Below, in pieces: positions 22,696-34,840 of a stretch of 64,000 nucleotides of DNA (within the stretch, counting starts at the first letter, position 1; each line of letters opens with the position of its first letter). The notes below the pieces were generated by a model that was not told the origin of the DNA, ran no database searches, and saw only the letters and a program-made list of their open reading frames with translations. This DNA is from Desulfobacterales bacterium (GTDB lineage Bacteria > Desulfobacterota > Desulfobacteria > Desulfobacterales > UBA5852): the NCBI GenBank assembly GCA_963674755.2, contig CAXXVS010000003.1:1920001-1984000 (forward strand). The letters are read 5' to 3'. A program made the position numbers and the translations under genes.

Positions 22696-24309
22696 ATGAC
22701 CGCAACGGCCACGACGCCGACCGTCGACAACCGTACCTTCTGGTTGAATGAAGAGCAGAAGCTGGATCAGCAGGCCCAGGCCGCCATCTACCCCGGCGGA
22801 CAGAAGGCCATCGACCGCCTGGTCAAGCAGGGCAAACGGCCGGTCCGGGAACTTATCGGGCAGTTGATCGACCCCGGCACGGAATTTTTCGAGCTGAGCC
22901 GCATCGCCGGTTTCGGCATGGGCTATCCCGGGGTGGAAGACGTGCCCTGCGGCGGCGTCGTCACCGGGATCGGCAAGATTTACAACAACTGGACCATGAT
23001 TGTCGCCAACGACAGCCGGGTCAAGGCGGGCACCTATTTCCCTATCACGCTCAAAAAGCACATGCGGGCCCAGGCCATCGCCGAGCGCTGCGGGCTGAAC
23101 TGCGTCTACATCGCCGACAGCGGGGGCGCTTTTTTACCCATGCAGGCCGATGTCTTTCCCGACGACCAGCATTTCGGTTCCATGTTCTACAACATGGCCC
23201 GCATGTCGGCCATGGGACTCAAACAGATCACCCTCAGCACCGGAGGCAACACGGCCGGCGGGGCCTACATCGTCTTCATGGCCTGCCAGTCGGTCATGAT
23301 CGACCAGAAGGCCTATTCCTTCCTGGGCGGTCCGCCGCTGGTGAAGATGGCCACCGGCGAGGTGATTTCGGCCGAGGACCTGGGGGGCGCCCGGGTTCAC
23401 ACCCAGGTTTCCGGCGGGGCGGACCATTTCTGCACCTCCCAGGAGGAAGCCATTGCCCGGGTGCGCGAGATCCTGTGCCTGGAAAAACCCCAGCAGGTCA
23501 GGATTCAGCGTTTCGAAGAGCGTCCGCCTGCCGTCCCGCTGGAGACCCTCTACGATGGCATGCCGGCGGTCATCCACAAGGGGATCGACGTGCGCAACGT
23601 GCTCCAGTGCCTGGCGGACGACAGCATGTTTTCCGAGTACAAACGGGACTACGCCCCGGGGCGCGGCGACAACATCGTGGCCGGCAAGCTGCGCATCAAG
23701 GGCCTGCCGGTGGGGGTGATCGCCTCCAACGGGGTGGGCATCATTTTCGTGGAGGCCGCCCGCAAGGCCACCGAGTGGATCGTGCGCTGCAGTCAGGAGA
23801 AGATCCCCCTGCTCTTCATCCAGAGTTCGCCGGGCTACATGGTGGGCTCCGAATCGGAGCACATGGGCATCGGCAAATACGGGGCCGACATGGTGCGGGC
23901 CGTTTCCTGCGCCCAGGTACCGCGCATCCAACTGGTGATCGGGCCGGACAACGGGGCCGCCAACTACGGCATGTGCGGAAGGGCCTATCGGCCGCACTTT
24001 CTCTTTCATACCATGCGCTCGCGCACCTCGGTCATGAGCGGGCGCAGCGCCGCCGGCGTGCTGCTTTCCATTGAAGAACGCAAGCGCGAAGCCAAGGGCA
24101 ATCCCATGAGCGAGGAAGAAAAGCAGGCTTTTCGCGACAAGATGATCGAAAAGTACGACGGCGAGGCCCATCCGTTTTACTGCGGTGCCCGCCTGCTGAG
24201 CGACCGGGTGCTCAAGTTTGCCGAAATCCGCGACTGGCTGGCCATGGCCTTCGAGGTCAGCACCCTGCGGGAGATCGGCGAGCCGGCTTTCGGGAATTTC
24301 CGTTTTTAG
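22696..24309 (+). CDS. Acyl-CoA carboxylase carboxyltransferase subunit (methylcrotonyl-CoA carboxylase beta-like)
   Basis: DSGGAFLPMQ, TAGGAY, FLGGPPLVKMATGE, GAANYGMCGRAY. Confidence 0.9.
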   Translation: MTATATTPTVDNRTFWLNEEQKLDQQAQAAIYPGGQKAIDRLVKQGKRPVRELIGQLIDPGTEFFELSRIAGFGMGYPGVEDVPCGGVVTGIGKIYNNWTMIVANDSRVKAGTYFPITLKKHMRAQAIAERCGLNCVYIADSGGAFLPMQADVFPDDQHFGSMFYNMARMSAMGLKQITLSTGGNTAGGAYIVFMACQSVMIDQKAYSFLGGPPLVKMATGEVISAEDLGGARVHTQVSGGADHFCTSQEEAIARVREILCLEKPQQVRIQRFEERPPAVPLETLYDGMPAVIHKGIDVRNVLQCLADDSMFSEYKRDYAPGRGDNIVAGKLRIKGLPVGVIASNGVGIIFVEAARKATEWIVRCSQEKIPLLFIQSSPGYMVGSESEHMGIGKYGADMVRAVSCAQVPRIQLVIGPDNGAANYGMCGRAYRPHFLFHTMRSRTSVMSGRSAAGVLLSIEERKREAKGNPMSEEEKQAFRDKMIEKYDGEAHPFYCGARLLSDRVLKFAEIRDWLAMAFEVSTLREIGEPAFGNFRF

Positions 24310-24357
24310 CAGGCCCATCGAATCGAAATGGTAAAGCCATTGAAGGAGGATGACCCC

Positions 24358-25533
24358 ATGACCGAATATGACTACTGGAAAATTTTCCCCCGCATGCCGC
24401 GCAAGGTGACCCTCGGCGACATTACGGTGCGGGACGGTTTTCAGCACCTGGAGAAATTCATTTCCACGCGGGCCAAGATCTTTTACGCCGAGGAGATGAT
24501 TTTTGCCGGCTGCCGCAACATCGAAGTCACCAATCTGGGCAACCCTTATCTCATGCCCCAGTTCAGCGATGCCGAAGATCTGCTGGGCTACCTGCGCGGG
24601 GACCGCTTCCGCAGCAAGTGCGCCAAGCGCGGCATCAATTATGACGACATCACCATCACGGCCGTCACCATCCGGGAGAAGTCGGTGGACCGGGCCATCC
24701 AGCTGCGGGAGCAGGGGATCGGTCCCGACCGCTGCCTGATGATGGTCTCCACCGAGGAGGAGCACCACTTCGCCAATTCGGGCACCTCGCTGCCCGACTA
24801 TTGGAAAGAGTGCGAACGCGCCATCCGCAAATGCCGGGATGCCGGTATGAAGATGTGCGGCACGGTGAGCACCATCTGGGGCAGTCCCATCGCCGGGGCC
24901 ACCGAGCTGAAGGATGCCGTGGAGTTCACCAAGCGCTTCCTTGAGATCGGCGCTTCGGACATCGAGCACGCCGACCACGACGGCAGTGCCTCGGCGCCGG
25001 AGGTCTACCGCTATTTTTCCATGATCCTGGATGAAATCCCGGACACCAGCGTCCACATCGCCCATTTTCACGAAACCAAGCGGGTGGCCTCGGCCTCGGT
25101 TCTGGCGGCCCTGCAGGCCGGGATTACTCATTTCGAGGCGGTTTTGGGAGGCATGGGCGGCCAGCCCGCCAATTTCCTGGACGATTGCCCGGTGCCGGGC
25201 ACCGGCGATTATTATTACGAGGACCCCCGCTACGTAGGACTTGTCTGCCTGGAGGATACCCTGGTACAAATCGACGAAATGGGTATCGCACACGGCTATG
25301 ACGTGGACCGCGTGCTCTGGCTGGGCCGCCAGATGGAGCGCACCGTGGGCCACCGGCTGCGCAGCGAAGCGGCCATCAACGGCCGGACCCTCAAGGGGGG
25401 GCATCCCAGGTTCGCCCGGCCCGGCCTAGCCAAGGTCAAGACCCGCCTCGGCGAAGCGCCGGATCAGAATCTGCCCGCGGACTGGGGGCCCAAGGCGGTG
25501 CTCCCCGAGCATTTGCGCCCCAAGGTTAAGTAG
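24358..25533 (+). CDS. HMG-CoA lyase-like DRE-TIM metallolyase
   Basis: DITVRDGFQ, HFH metal motif; cluster context. Confidence 0.78.
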   Translation: MTEYDYWKIFPRMPRKVTLGDITVRDGFQHLEKFISTRAKIFYAEEMIFAGCRNIEVTNLGNPYLMPQFSDAEDLLGYLRGDRFRSKCAKRGINYDDITITAVTIREKSVDRAIQLREQGIGPDRCLMMVSTEEEHHFANSGTSLPDYWKECERAIRKCRDAGMKMCGTVSTIWGSPIAGATELKDAVEFTKRFLEIGASDIEHADHDGSASAPEVYRYFSMILDEIPDTSVHIAHFHETKRVASASVLAALQAGITHFEAVLGGMGGQPANFLDDCPVPGTGDYYYEDPRYVGLVCLEDTLVQIDEMGIAHGYDVDRVLWLGRQMERTVGHRLRSEAAINGRTLKGGHPRFARPGLAKVKTRLGEAPDQNLPADWGPKAVLPEHLRPKVK

Positions 25534-25675
25534 TGCCCATCCGGAGGTGGCATCTTTTGGCTCCGGCCGGCGTTCTCGCTCTTTGGAAATCCTCGCCGTA
25601 GCCCAGCTACGCCTGCGGTTTCCAAATCACTGCGGCCTTGGCCGAAACCAAAATCTACCACCGCTGGATCGACAC
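25533..25675 (+). repeat. Nested-hairpin family copy
   Basis: ggcatcttttgg...ggcgttctcgc..tttggaaa-tcctcgccgtagc-cca-gctacgcctgcgg-tttccaaa..ctgcggcctt...accaaaatctacc; abuts the stop codon. Confidence 0.92.
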
Positions 25676-25723
25676 TCTGTTCGAACCGAAACACGGTGGA
25701 CGACCACCATCGAGGAGTGATCC

Positions 25724-26362
25724 ATGAAAAGCAAAGAGGACAAACCGCACATCAACGTGGACTATTTCGAGGATTTGACGGGCAAGATCGACGCCCCCGA
25801 AACCGAAGGGATGGAAGAGATCGGCAGCCGGGTGCGCAAGCTGCGGGAATCCAAGGGCCTGTCCCTGGCGGAGCTTTCCAACCTGACCGGGTTCGATGAG
25901 GCCCTGCTGGACAAGATCGAGCAGCAGGAAGTCTACCCCCAGCTGGGGACGGCCATCCGCCTGTCCAAGGCCCTGGACAGCGCTTTCGGCCGGCTGGTCT
26001 CCGGGGTGGGCGACCGGCTTTACTCCATTACCCGCCGCCAGGAGGAGCGGGTCGTGGCACGCTCCACCGGCCGGGCCGGCACCCAGAAGCTCTATACCTA
26101 CAAGAGCCTGGCCCCGGAAGTGAAGGGCCGCCATATGGAGGCCCTTCTGGTGCAGTTGGAGGAAAATCCCAGCGGCGAGCTGTCCGTGCATGACGGAGAA
26201 GAGTTCATCTACGTACTGGAAGGCACGGTGGCGATGCAGGTGGGCGAGGACCGCTTCGATCTCGCCCCGGGCGACAGCGTCTACTACCTGTCGACCACCC
26301 CGCATCTGATTGCCGCCAAATCCGGGCAGGCCCGAATCCTGGCGGTGCTTTACGGGCATTGA
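25724..26362 (+). CDS. XRE-family HTH regulator with cupin domain
   Basis: IGSRVRKLRESKGLSLAELS HTH; HDGEEFIYVLEG. Confidence 0.9.
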   Translation: MKSKEDKPHINVDYFEDLTGKIDAPETEGMEEIGSRVRKLRESKGLSLAELSNLTGFDEALLDKIEQQEVYPQLGTAIRLSKALDSAFGRLVSGVGDRLYSITRRQEERVVARSTGRAGTQKLYTYKSLAPEVKGRHMEALLVQLEENPSGELSVHDGEEFIYVLEGTVAMQVGEDRFDLAPGDSVYYLSTTPHLIAAKSGQARILAVLYGH

Positions 26363-26460
26363 TGGATCGCGGCCGTCTTCCCGGACGCTTTCGATGACCG
26401 GAGTGTCCGGGAGATGCACCGCAGGCCGGGCCTGTGCCCGAACGAGGAAGGGAGCGTGTC

Positions 26461-28416
<1,956 letters not shown>

Positions 28417-28458
28417 GAATTTTTTGAACCTATAAACGGCATCGGGAAGGGAGCCTCT

Positions 28459-29211
28459 ATGACATCGCAATCTGTAACCGGCATCGACGATCTGGCTCAT
28501 AAGGACAAAGCGCGCCTCGTGATGGACTACCTCCACCGCACGATGATGCACTCTGCCATGTGGTACGGAGAGGTGCGCCATCAGCTGCCGGCCGACTTGG
28601 CCTACGCGGTTTTGGCGGAGGCCTCCCAGCGCAGCATCGGCATCCAGCTCAAGCGCCTGGGGAAAGTCCTGGGATTCGACCTGGAAGACGGTCTGCCCAA
28701 ACCCCTTCTGGACCTGGCGCCCGAGGACATGGAAGGCCTGCTGGACAGCGTGGCCTTCAATTGGCTGGCCAACGACGGAGTCTGGTTCCAGGCCGTGGAA
28801 TTTACGCACGGCATGAACGATGCCAAGCGCTGCAACGATTCCTGCTGGGCCCAGTTCTCGCCTTTCGAGGCCTGGTCCATTCGGCGTTTTCTGGGATCCG
28901 ACCTGAAACCGGGACTGGAAGGCCTTAAACAGGCGCTCAATTTCAGAGTCTACGGGCGCATCAACCGTCAGTCCTTTGAGGACGACGGCCCCCGGGCCTT
29001 CATCTTCCGGATGGACGAATGCCGGGTTCAGGCCGCCCGCAAACGCAAGGATCTGGATGACTATCCCTGCAAATCGGGAGGGCTTGTGGAGTATACTTAT
29101 TTTGCGCGGGCCTTCGACGCCCGCATTCAAACGGAATGTATCGGGTGCCCGCCCGATCCCCATCCGGAGAACTGGTACTGTGCCTGGCGCTTTTCCCTGC
29201 CGGAGGATTGA
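28459..29211 (+). CDS. Conserved hypothetical Cys-containing protein (DUF6125-like)
   Basis: WLANDGVWFQAVE, CRVQAARKRK, CIGCPPDPHP...CAW. Confidence 0.7.
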   Translation: MTSQSVTGIDDLAHKDKARLVMDYLHRTMMHSAMWYGEVRHQLPADLAYAVLAEASQRSIGIQLKRLGKVLGFDLEDGLPKPLLDLAPEDMEGLLDSVAFNWLANDGVWFQAVEFTHGMNDAKRCNDSCWAQFSPFEAWSIRRFLGSDLKPGLEGLKQALNFRVYGRINRQSFEDDGPRAFIFRMDECRVQAARKRKDLDDYPCKSGGLVEYTYFARAFDARIQTECIGCPPDPHPENWYCAWRFSLPED

Positions 29212-29282
29212 CGCCTCTTCGGTTGGAAAACGCATGACACTAAAGCGGCCGGTCGGCCGCTTTCTCTTTGTAAAGGAGTAGG

Positions 29283-30134
29283 ATGACCATGACGCTGCGC
29301 AAGATCACCTCTTTGACCGCCCTGCTGGCCTTTGTCGGCATGGTGGTGACAAGCCTCGTACTCTACATCGTTCCCCAAGGCCGGGTGGCCTATTGGTCGG
29401 ACTGGACCCTGCTGGGGCTGGACAAGACCCGCTGGGGCGATCTCCATATCAATATGGGGCTGCTCTTCCTGCTGTCCTTGAGCCTGCACATTTATTACAA
29501 CTGGAAGGCCATTGTGACCTATCTCAGGAACAAGGCCCGTCAGGTGCGTATTTTTACACCGGACTTCAGCGTGGCCCTCGTCCTGACCCTGGCCATCCTG
29601 GTGGGCACCCTGCTGGCGGTGCCGCCTTTCAACTGGCCGCTTCTGCTCAATACCCATTTCAAGGATGCCGCGGCGGCCAAGTACGGTGAGCCGCCATACG
29701 GGCATGCCGAATTGTCCCCCCTGCGCCAGCTGGCCCGCCGAACCGATCTGGACCTCCCGGCGGCGCTCGCCGCCCTCAAGGCCGCCGGCATCCGTTTCGA
29801 CAGCGAGCAGGCCACCGTGCAGGACATTGCGCGCCAGAACAATCGTTCCCCCCAGGACATCTTTCAGATGATGCAGAAGGCCGCTGCGCCTGCCCCGGCG
29901 CAAGGCCTCCCGATCAATCCGCCCCCGGGAACCGGCAACAAGACCCTGGCCGGCCTGTGTGAAAGCTATGGCCTGCCAGCCGCCGAACTAATCCAGGCGC
30001 TTCAGGGCGGTGGGATCGAGGCCCAGCCGGAATTGACGATCAAGGCCATCGGCGCTAATAATGGGCTCAGTCCGATGGCCGTCTACGATGCCATCCGGGA
30101 AGCCGCGGCGGCCTTGGGTGCCAGAACCCCCTGA
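29283..30134 (+). CDS. Membrane protein (DUF4405-like) with duplicated C-terminal helical domain
   Basis: Three hydrophobic segments with His residues (LHIN, LHIYYNW); two similar C-terminal repeats. Confidence 0.7.
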   Translation: MTMTLRKITSLTALLAFVGMVVTSLVLYIVPQGRVAYWSDWTLLGLDKTRWGDLHINMGLLFLLSLSLHIYYNWKAIVTYLRNKARQVRIFTPDFSVALVLTLAILVGTLLAVPPFNWPLLLNTHFKDAAAAKYGEPPYGHAELSPLRQLARRTDLDLPAALAALKAAGIRFDSEQATVQDIARQNNRSPQDIFQMMQKAAAPAPAQGLPINPPPGTGNKTLAGLCESYGLPAAELIQALQGGGIEAQPELTIKAIGANNGLSPMAVYDAIREAAAALGARTP

Positions 30135-30171
30135 CCGCCATTACGATGCATCTCAGCGATTGGAAGACCGT

Positions 30172-31320
30172 GTGTCCATTACCCTGACCAGCAAACTGCC
30201 CGACGTCGGCCTGACCATCTTTTCGGCCATGTCCCAGCTGGCGGCCGAACACGGTGCCGTCAATCTTTCCCAGGGATTTCCGGATTTCGCGGTCAGCCTG
30301 GCCCTGATCGACCGGGTGGTCCACTACATGCGCAAGGGGTGCAACCAATACGCCCCCATGACCGGAGCGGCCTCCCTGCGGGCGGCGATTGCCGCCAAAA
30401 CGGCCGACCTGTATGACGCCCCCTACGATCCGGAAAGCGAAGTCACCGTCACCTCGGGGGCCACGGAAGCCGTCTTCGCCGCTATCACGGCGGTGGTGCG
30501 CCCCGGCGATGAGGTGATCATCATCGAGCCGGCCTACGATGCCTACGAGCCGGCGGTGCGCTTGAGCGGCGGCCGTCCGGTGTTCGTCCCCCTGACCTTT
30601 CCCGGCTACCGCCTGGATTGGGATCGGGTGCGTGGGGTCCTCAACGCCCGGACGCGGCTGCTGATCCTCAATTCGCCCCACAACCCCACCGGTACCGTCC
30701 TGGGCGCCGAAGACATCCTGCAATTGAAAGCACTTGTGGCCGGCACCGACGTGCTGATTTTAAGCGATGAAGTCTACGAACACATTCTCTTTGACGGACG
30801 CCGCCACGAGAGCATGGCCCGCTATCCCGAACTGCGCCGGCGCAGTTTCGTGGTCAGCTCCTTCGGGAAGACCTATCACGCTACCGGCTGGAAGATCGGC
30901 TACTGTCTGGCGCCGGCCGATCTGAGCAGCGAATTGCGCAAGATCCACCAGTATCTGACCTTTGCTTCCAACACACCAATCCAGTTGGCCCTGGCCGATT
31001 ATCTGCAACATACCACCGACCATCTGGAACTGTCCGCTTTCTACCAGAAGAAAAGAGACCACTTCCGCTCGCTCCTGCGCCCCTCCCGGCTACGGCCCCT
31101 GGCCTGTGAAGGAACCTATTTCCAGATGGTGGACTATACCGCCGTCAGCGACGAGCCCGACACGGCCTTTGCGCGCCGGATGACCATCGAATACGGCGTG
31201 GCCGCCATTCCGCCCTCGGTGTTTTATCACGGACGGGACGACCACCGTGTGCTGCGGTTTTGTTTCGCCAAGAACGACACCACTCTAAAGGAGGCCGCCG
31301 ACAAGCTATGCCGCATCTGA
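30172..31320 (+). CDS. ybdL: PLP-dependent methionine aminotransferase (YbdL-like)
   Basis: SKLPDVGLTIF, NLSQGFPDF, SSFGKTYHATGWKIGY; GTG start inferred. Confidence 0.88.
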   Translation: MSITLTSKLPDVGLTIFSAMSQLAAEHGAVNLSQGFPDFAVSLALIDRVVHYMRKGCNQYAPMTGAASLRAAIAAKTADLYDAPYDPESEVTVTSGATEAVFAAITAVVRPGDEVIIIEPAYDAYEPAVRLSGGRPVFVPLTFPGYRLDWDRVRGVLNARTRLLILNSPHNPTGTVLGAEDILQLKALVAGTDVLILSDEVYEHILFDGRRHESMARYPELRRRSFVVSSFGKTYHATGWKIGYCLAPADLSSELRKIHQYLTFASNTPIQLALADYLQHTTDHLELSAFYQKKRDHFRSLLRPSRLRPLACEGTYFQMVDYTAVSDEPDTAFARRMTIEYGVAAIPPSVFYHGRDDHRVLRFCFAKNDTTLKEAADKLCRI

Positions 31321-32111
31321 AGATCGCCCTTGTGCAGACGGAACTGGTCTGGGAAGATCCCGCGGCGAACCGGATCCGCTTCGATGAGCGCTTGGCCGCC
31401 CTGGATGGCGCGGCCGATGTCGTGGTGCTGCCGGAGATGTTTACGACGGGATTCACCATGGCCGGTCCCCGTCTGGCGGAACCCATGGACGGCCCCTCGG
31501 TGGAATGGCTGCGCAGCAAAGCCGTTCAGATGAAGGTTCACCTGACGGGCAGTCTCATTATCGGCGAGGCCGGCGCGGTCTACAATCGGTTGCTGTGGGC
31601 CACGCCGGAGGGGACGCTCGACTATTATGACAAACGTCATCTATTCCGGATGAGCGGCGAGCACCACGTCTACGGTGCCGGCCGCCGTCATCTGACGGTC
31701 ACCATCGGTCCGTGGCGCGTGCGCCCCTTCATCTGCTACGATCTGCGTTTTCCGGTCTGGACCCGCAATGTCGGGCCCGCTTACGATGCGGCTCTTTTCG
31801 TGGCCAACTGGCCGGCCGCCCGGGCGGCCCACTGGATGGCCCTGTTAAAAGCCCGAGCTATCGAAAACCAGGCCTATGTGATCGGAGTCAACCGGGTGGG
31901 GCGCGACGGCAAAGGCCACGCTTACGCCGGGGATTCCATTGTGCTGGATCCCCTGGGAGAGATCATCTATCACGCCGCAGACCGTGAGGTCGTCCATACG
32001 ATAGAACTGGATCTTGCCCTCCTGGAAGACTGCCGTCGTCAATTCCCCGCCTGGCGCGACGCCGACCCCTGGACGTTGCAACCGGCCGAAGGGGATCGCA
32101 GGCCGGAATGA
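31308..32111 (+). CDS. yafV: Omega-amidase (YafV/Nit2 nitrilase family)
   Basis: LPEMFTTGF, YDKRHLF, ICYDLRFP triad; overlaps the aminotransferase stop. Confidence 0.88.
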   Translation: MPHLKIALVQTELVWEDPAANRIRFDERLAALDGAADVVVLPEMFTTGFTMAGPRLAEPMDGPSVEWLRSKAVQMKVHLTGSLIIGEAGAVYNRLLWATPEGTLDYYDKRHLFRMSGEHHVYGAGRRHLTVTIGPWRVRPFICYDLRFPVWTRNVGPAYDAALFVANWPAARAAHWMALLKARAIENQAYVIGVNRVGRDGKGHAYAGDSIVLDPLGEIIYHAADREVVHTIELDLALLEDCRRQFPAWRDADPWTLQPAEGDRRPE

Positions 32112-32387
32112 TCCTTGTCGTCAACGCTGCGGAAACGCTGCGCTAGAAGTATTTCGCTTGACAGTTTCAGTGCTTTCTGAAAAGAATTATAAGCTTTTCT
32201 TCCAGTTAGCGATGATCGTTATTTAGCGTCAGCCAGCCGTTCGGCTGCCGTCTTCTAATTTTTTGCGAGGAGATTATCCCTTCGAGACGGCTATGCCCGT
32301 CGATGGTCTTTGATCGGGATCGGTCGCAACGGACGATCCCCCTGGGCGATATATCTGGAATAACCCCAAGCGATAGGAGAGGACGCG

Positions 32388-34124
32388 ATGACATCAGCCC
32401 CCTGGCCCACCCCGAACTGGCCCGAAGGCGTACCCTTCGAGGTTTCCGACTATGAAAAGCCCATCTTCAGTCTGCTGGATGAAGCGGCCCGTGACTATCC
32501 CCAGCAGGTGTACACGGTTTTCAACGATGCCACTCGCACCTATGCCCAGGTCAAGGACACGGCCGACCGGATTGCCAATTTCCTACATACCAAAGGCATC
32601 CGCAAAGGGGACCGGGTGGCCATATTCCTGCCCAACTTGCCCCACTACCCGGCGGTCTACTTCGGCATTCTGAAGGCCGGTGCCGTCTGCGTCACCTGCA
32701 ACCCTCTCTACACACCCAGCGAGCTGAACTATCAACTAAAAGATGCCGGCGCCAAAGCCCTGTTCTGCATGGATCACCCCCAGTTCTACCCCACGACCGT
32801 AAAGGCCATCGAAGGCACCGACGTGGAAACGGTGGTGATCTGCAGCGTCAAGTCCTATTTGCCGCCCCTGAAAGGCTTTCTGGGCGGCTTGCTGGGCAAG
32901 ATTCCCAAGGCCGAAAACCATGTCTCCGGCCATTTGATGTTCGATGACGTGGTCAAAAACGCCCAACCCTCTCCCCCAGCCGTGAACATCAACCCTACGG
33001 AAGACCTGGCCCTGATCATCTACACCGGTGGCACCACAGGGGTGCCCAAAGGCGCTGCCCTAGTCCATTCCAATTTCTGCTATGACCTCGCGGCATTGGA
33101 TGCCTGGATGCGTCTCGAATACGAGAAGGGCGCACCGCGGGAAGGCGTCCGCAAGGGCGGCTATCATTGTTATCTGGGGGTGCTGCCCTGGTACCACAGC
33201 TTCGGTATGACCTGCGCCATGCTGTCGGCCTGCGCATCGGGCAGCCGCCTGATCTGCGTGCCGGACCCCCGGGCCGGCGATCCCCCCTTTACCGAAGTCC
33301 TCAAGATCGTCCAGAAACAGCGGCCGACCCTGATGCCGGCCGTCCCGACGGTTTTTGTGGCCTTTACCAACCACCCGCTTTTGGATCAATATGATCTCAC
33401 TTCCCTGATGGGGTGCTTCTCGGGCGGGGCCCCCCTTCCGCCTGAGGTCTGCAAGCGTTTCGAAGAGAAGACCGGGTCCGTCATTTTCGAAGGCTATGGT
33501 TTGAGTGAAACCGCTCCGGTGGCCACTACCAATCCGACATTTCCGGACAAACGCAAAATCGGATCCATCGGTTTCCCCCTTCCGGGTACCGACATCAAGA
33601 TTTTGAATGCCGAATCCAGCGAGATCGAGATCCCCCGGGGTGAGGATGGCGAAGTGGCCATCTGCGGCCCTCAGGTCATGAAAGGCTATTGGAACAAACC
33701 GGCCGAAACCGCGGAAGTGTTCCGGGAAATCGACGGCCGGCGTTATTTTTTGACCGGTGATATCGGACACGTCGACGAAGATGGTTACGTGGTGATTACC
33801 GACCGTAAAAAGGATATGGTCCTGGTGGGAGGCTTCAATGTCTATCCACGGGAGGTGGAAGATATCCTTTTCACGCACCCCAAGGTAGAACTGGCTGCCG
33901 TGGTGGGCGTACCGGATGCGAAAAGCGGCGAAACCGTCAAGGCCTTTATCAAAATCAAAGAAGGTGAATCCTGCACGGAAGAAGAGATTCTGGCCTTCTG
34001 CAAGGAGAACATGGCCGGCTACAAGCGGCCCAAGCTGATCGAATTCCGCGATGAAATCCCCACCTCCAACGTGGGCAAGGTGTTGCGGCGGGTGCTGCGG
34101 GATGAGGAGCAGGGTAAAGCTTAG
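32388..34124 (+). CDS. Long-chain fatty acid--CoA ligase
   Basis: YTGGTTGVPKG, EGYGLSET, SNVGKVLRR. Confidence 0.92.
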   Translation: MTSAPWPTPNWPEGVPFEVSDYEKPIFSLLDEAARDYPQQVYTVFNDATRTYAQVKDTADRIANFLHTKGIRKGDRVAIFLPNLPHYPAVYFGILKAGAVCVTCNPLYTPSELNYQLKDAGAKALFCMDHPQFYPTTVKAIEGTDVETVVICSVKSYLPPLKGFLGGLLGKIPKAENHVSGHLMFDDVVKNAQPSPPAVNINPTEDLALIIYTGGTTGVPKGAALVHSNFCYDLAALDAWMRLEYEKGAPREGVRKGGYHCYLGVLPWYHSFGMTCAMLSACASGSRLICVPDPRAGDPPFTEVLKIVQKQRPTLMPAVPTVFVAFTNHPLLDQYDLTSLMGCFSGGAPLPPEVCKRFEEKTGSVIFEGYGLSETAPVATTNPTFPDKRKIGSIGFPLPGTDIKILNAESSEIEIPRGEDGEVAICGPQVMKGYWNKPAETAEVFREIDGRRYFLTGDIGHVDEDGYVVITDRKKDMVLVGGFNVYPREVEDILFTHPKVELAAVVGVPDAKSGETVKAFIKIKEGESCTEEEILAFCKENMAGYKRPKLIEFRDEIPTSNVGKVLRRVLRDEEQGKA

Positions 34125-34196
34125 TACCAATTATGCTCTCAAACGGTAGGGGAGGGCCTAAAAGGCTTTTTCGGCCTGGGCAGGACTCATATCGAT

Positions 34197-34407
34197 GTTC
34201 ATTTTCTTCCGCGTGGAAGAAAGCGAACCAATCACGCCTCGGCGTGACAGGCTTCAGACGCCCGTGTCCCGCTTAACCCTGCGCGTCGTCGACACGGTCG
34301 GAGCGCGCGGAAGCTCGCCCTGCTTCCAGCGGGATTCAAACAAGTCCGCACGCTTTTATCCGACCGTATCGCCGATGCTCGGCGCGGAACAAAGGGGGTT
34401 AACCCCC
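34197..34407. repeat. Multi-hairpin intergenic element between convergent genes (second structural family)
   Basis: Hairpins gttc..tttcttcc/ggaagaaa..gaac and tcacgcc/ggcgtga, long stem acggtcgga/tccgaccgt, gggggttaaccccc. Confidence 0.65.
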
Positions 34408-34502
34408 GAACGCTAAAAGCGCTGCAAGGCAACCCTTAGGGGGTGCCTATTCAGATCTATCGTTGGGTGAAATTTATGATGGAATCAACGCCGCTGGCGG
34501 TT

Positions 34503-34811
34503 TTACGACCGCTGCGGCGTTTTGCGTTGGGGGAGATCCGTAAGGGGGCGGCCGTCGATTTGGATCACCAGAAGCCCTGTGGATTCTTCTTTGGACAGAG
34601 TGATGCGGGCCTCCGTCGATCCGGCCAGGGCGGGCTGGGTGCTGCGCAGGGCGGGAAAATCCAGCGTCTCCAGAGCTTCCAGGAGCAGGGCGATTTCCTT
34701 CTCCAGCCGGGAACGCTCGTCATTCTGTCTGAAGTAGGACCGCACGGCGGCATTGTAGCGCTGCCGGATGGCGGTTTCGATGCAATGGCGGCTGAGATCC
34801 AGTTCCAGCAT
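34503..34811 (-). CDS. Hypothetical protein
   Basis: 102-aa ORF with AAGGA SD, co-oriented downstream of the radical SAM gene. Confidence 0.6.
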   Translation of the reverse strand: MLELDLSRHCIETAIRQRYNAAVRSYFRQNDERSRLEKEIALLLEALETLDFPALRSTQPALAGSTEARITLSKEESTGLLVIQIDGRPLTDLPQRKTPQRS

Positions 34812-34840
34812 GATCGTCCTTGTTCATCCCTGGTCCGATG

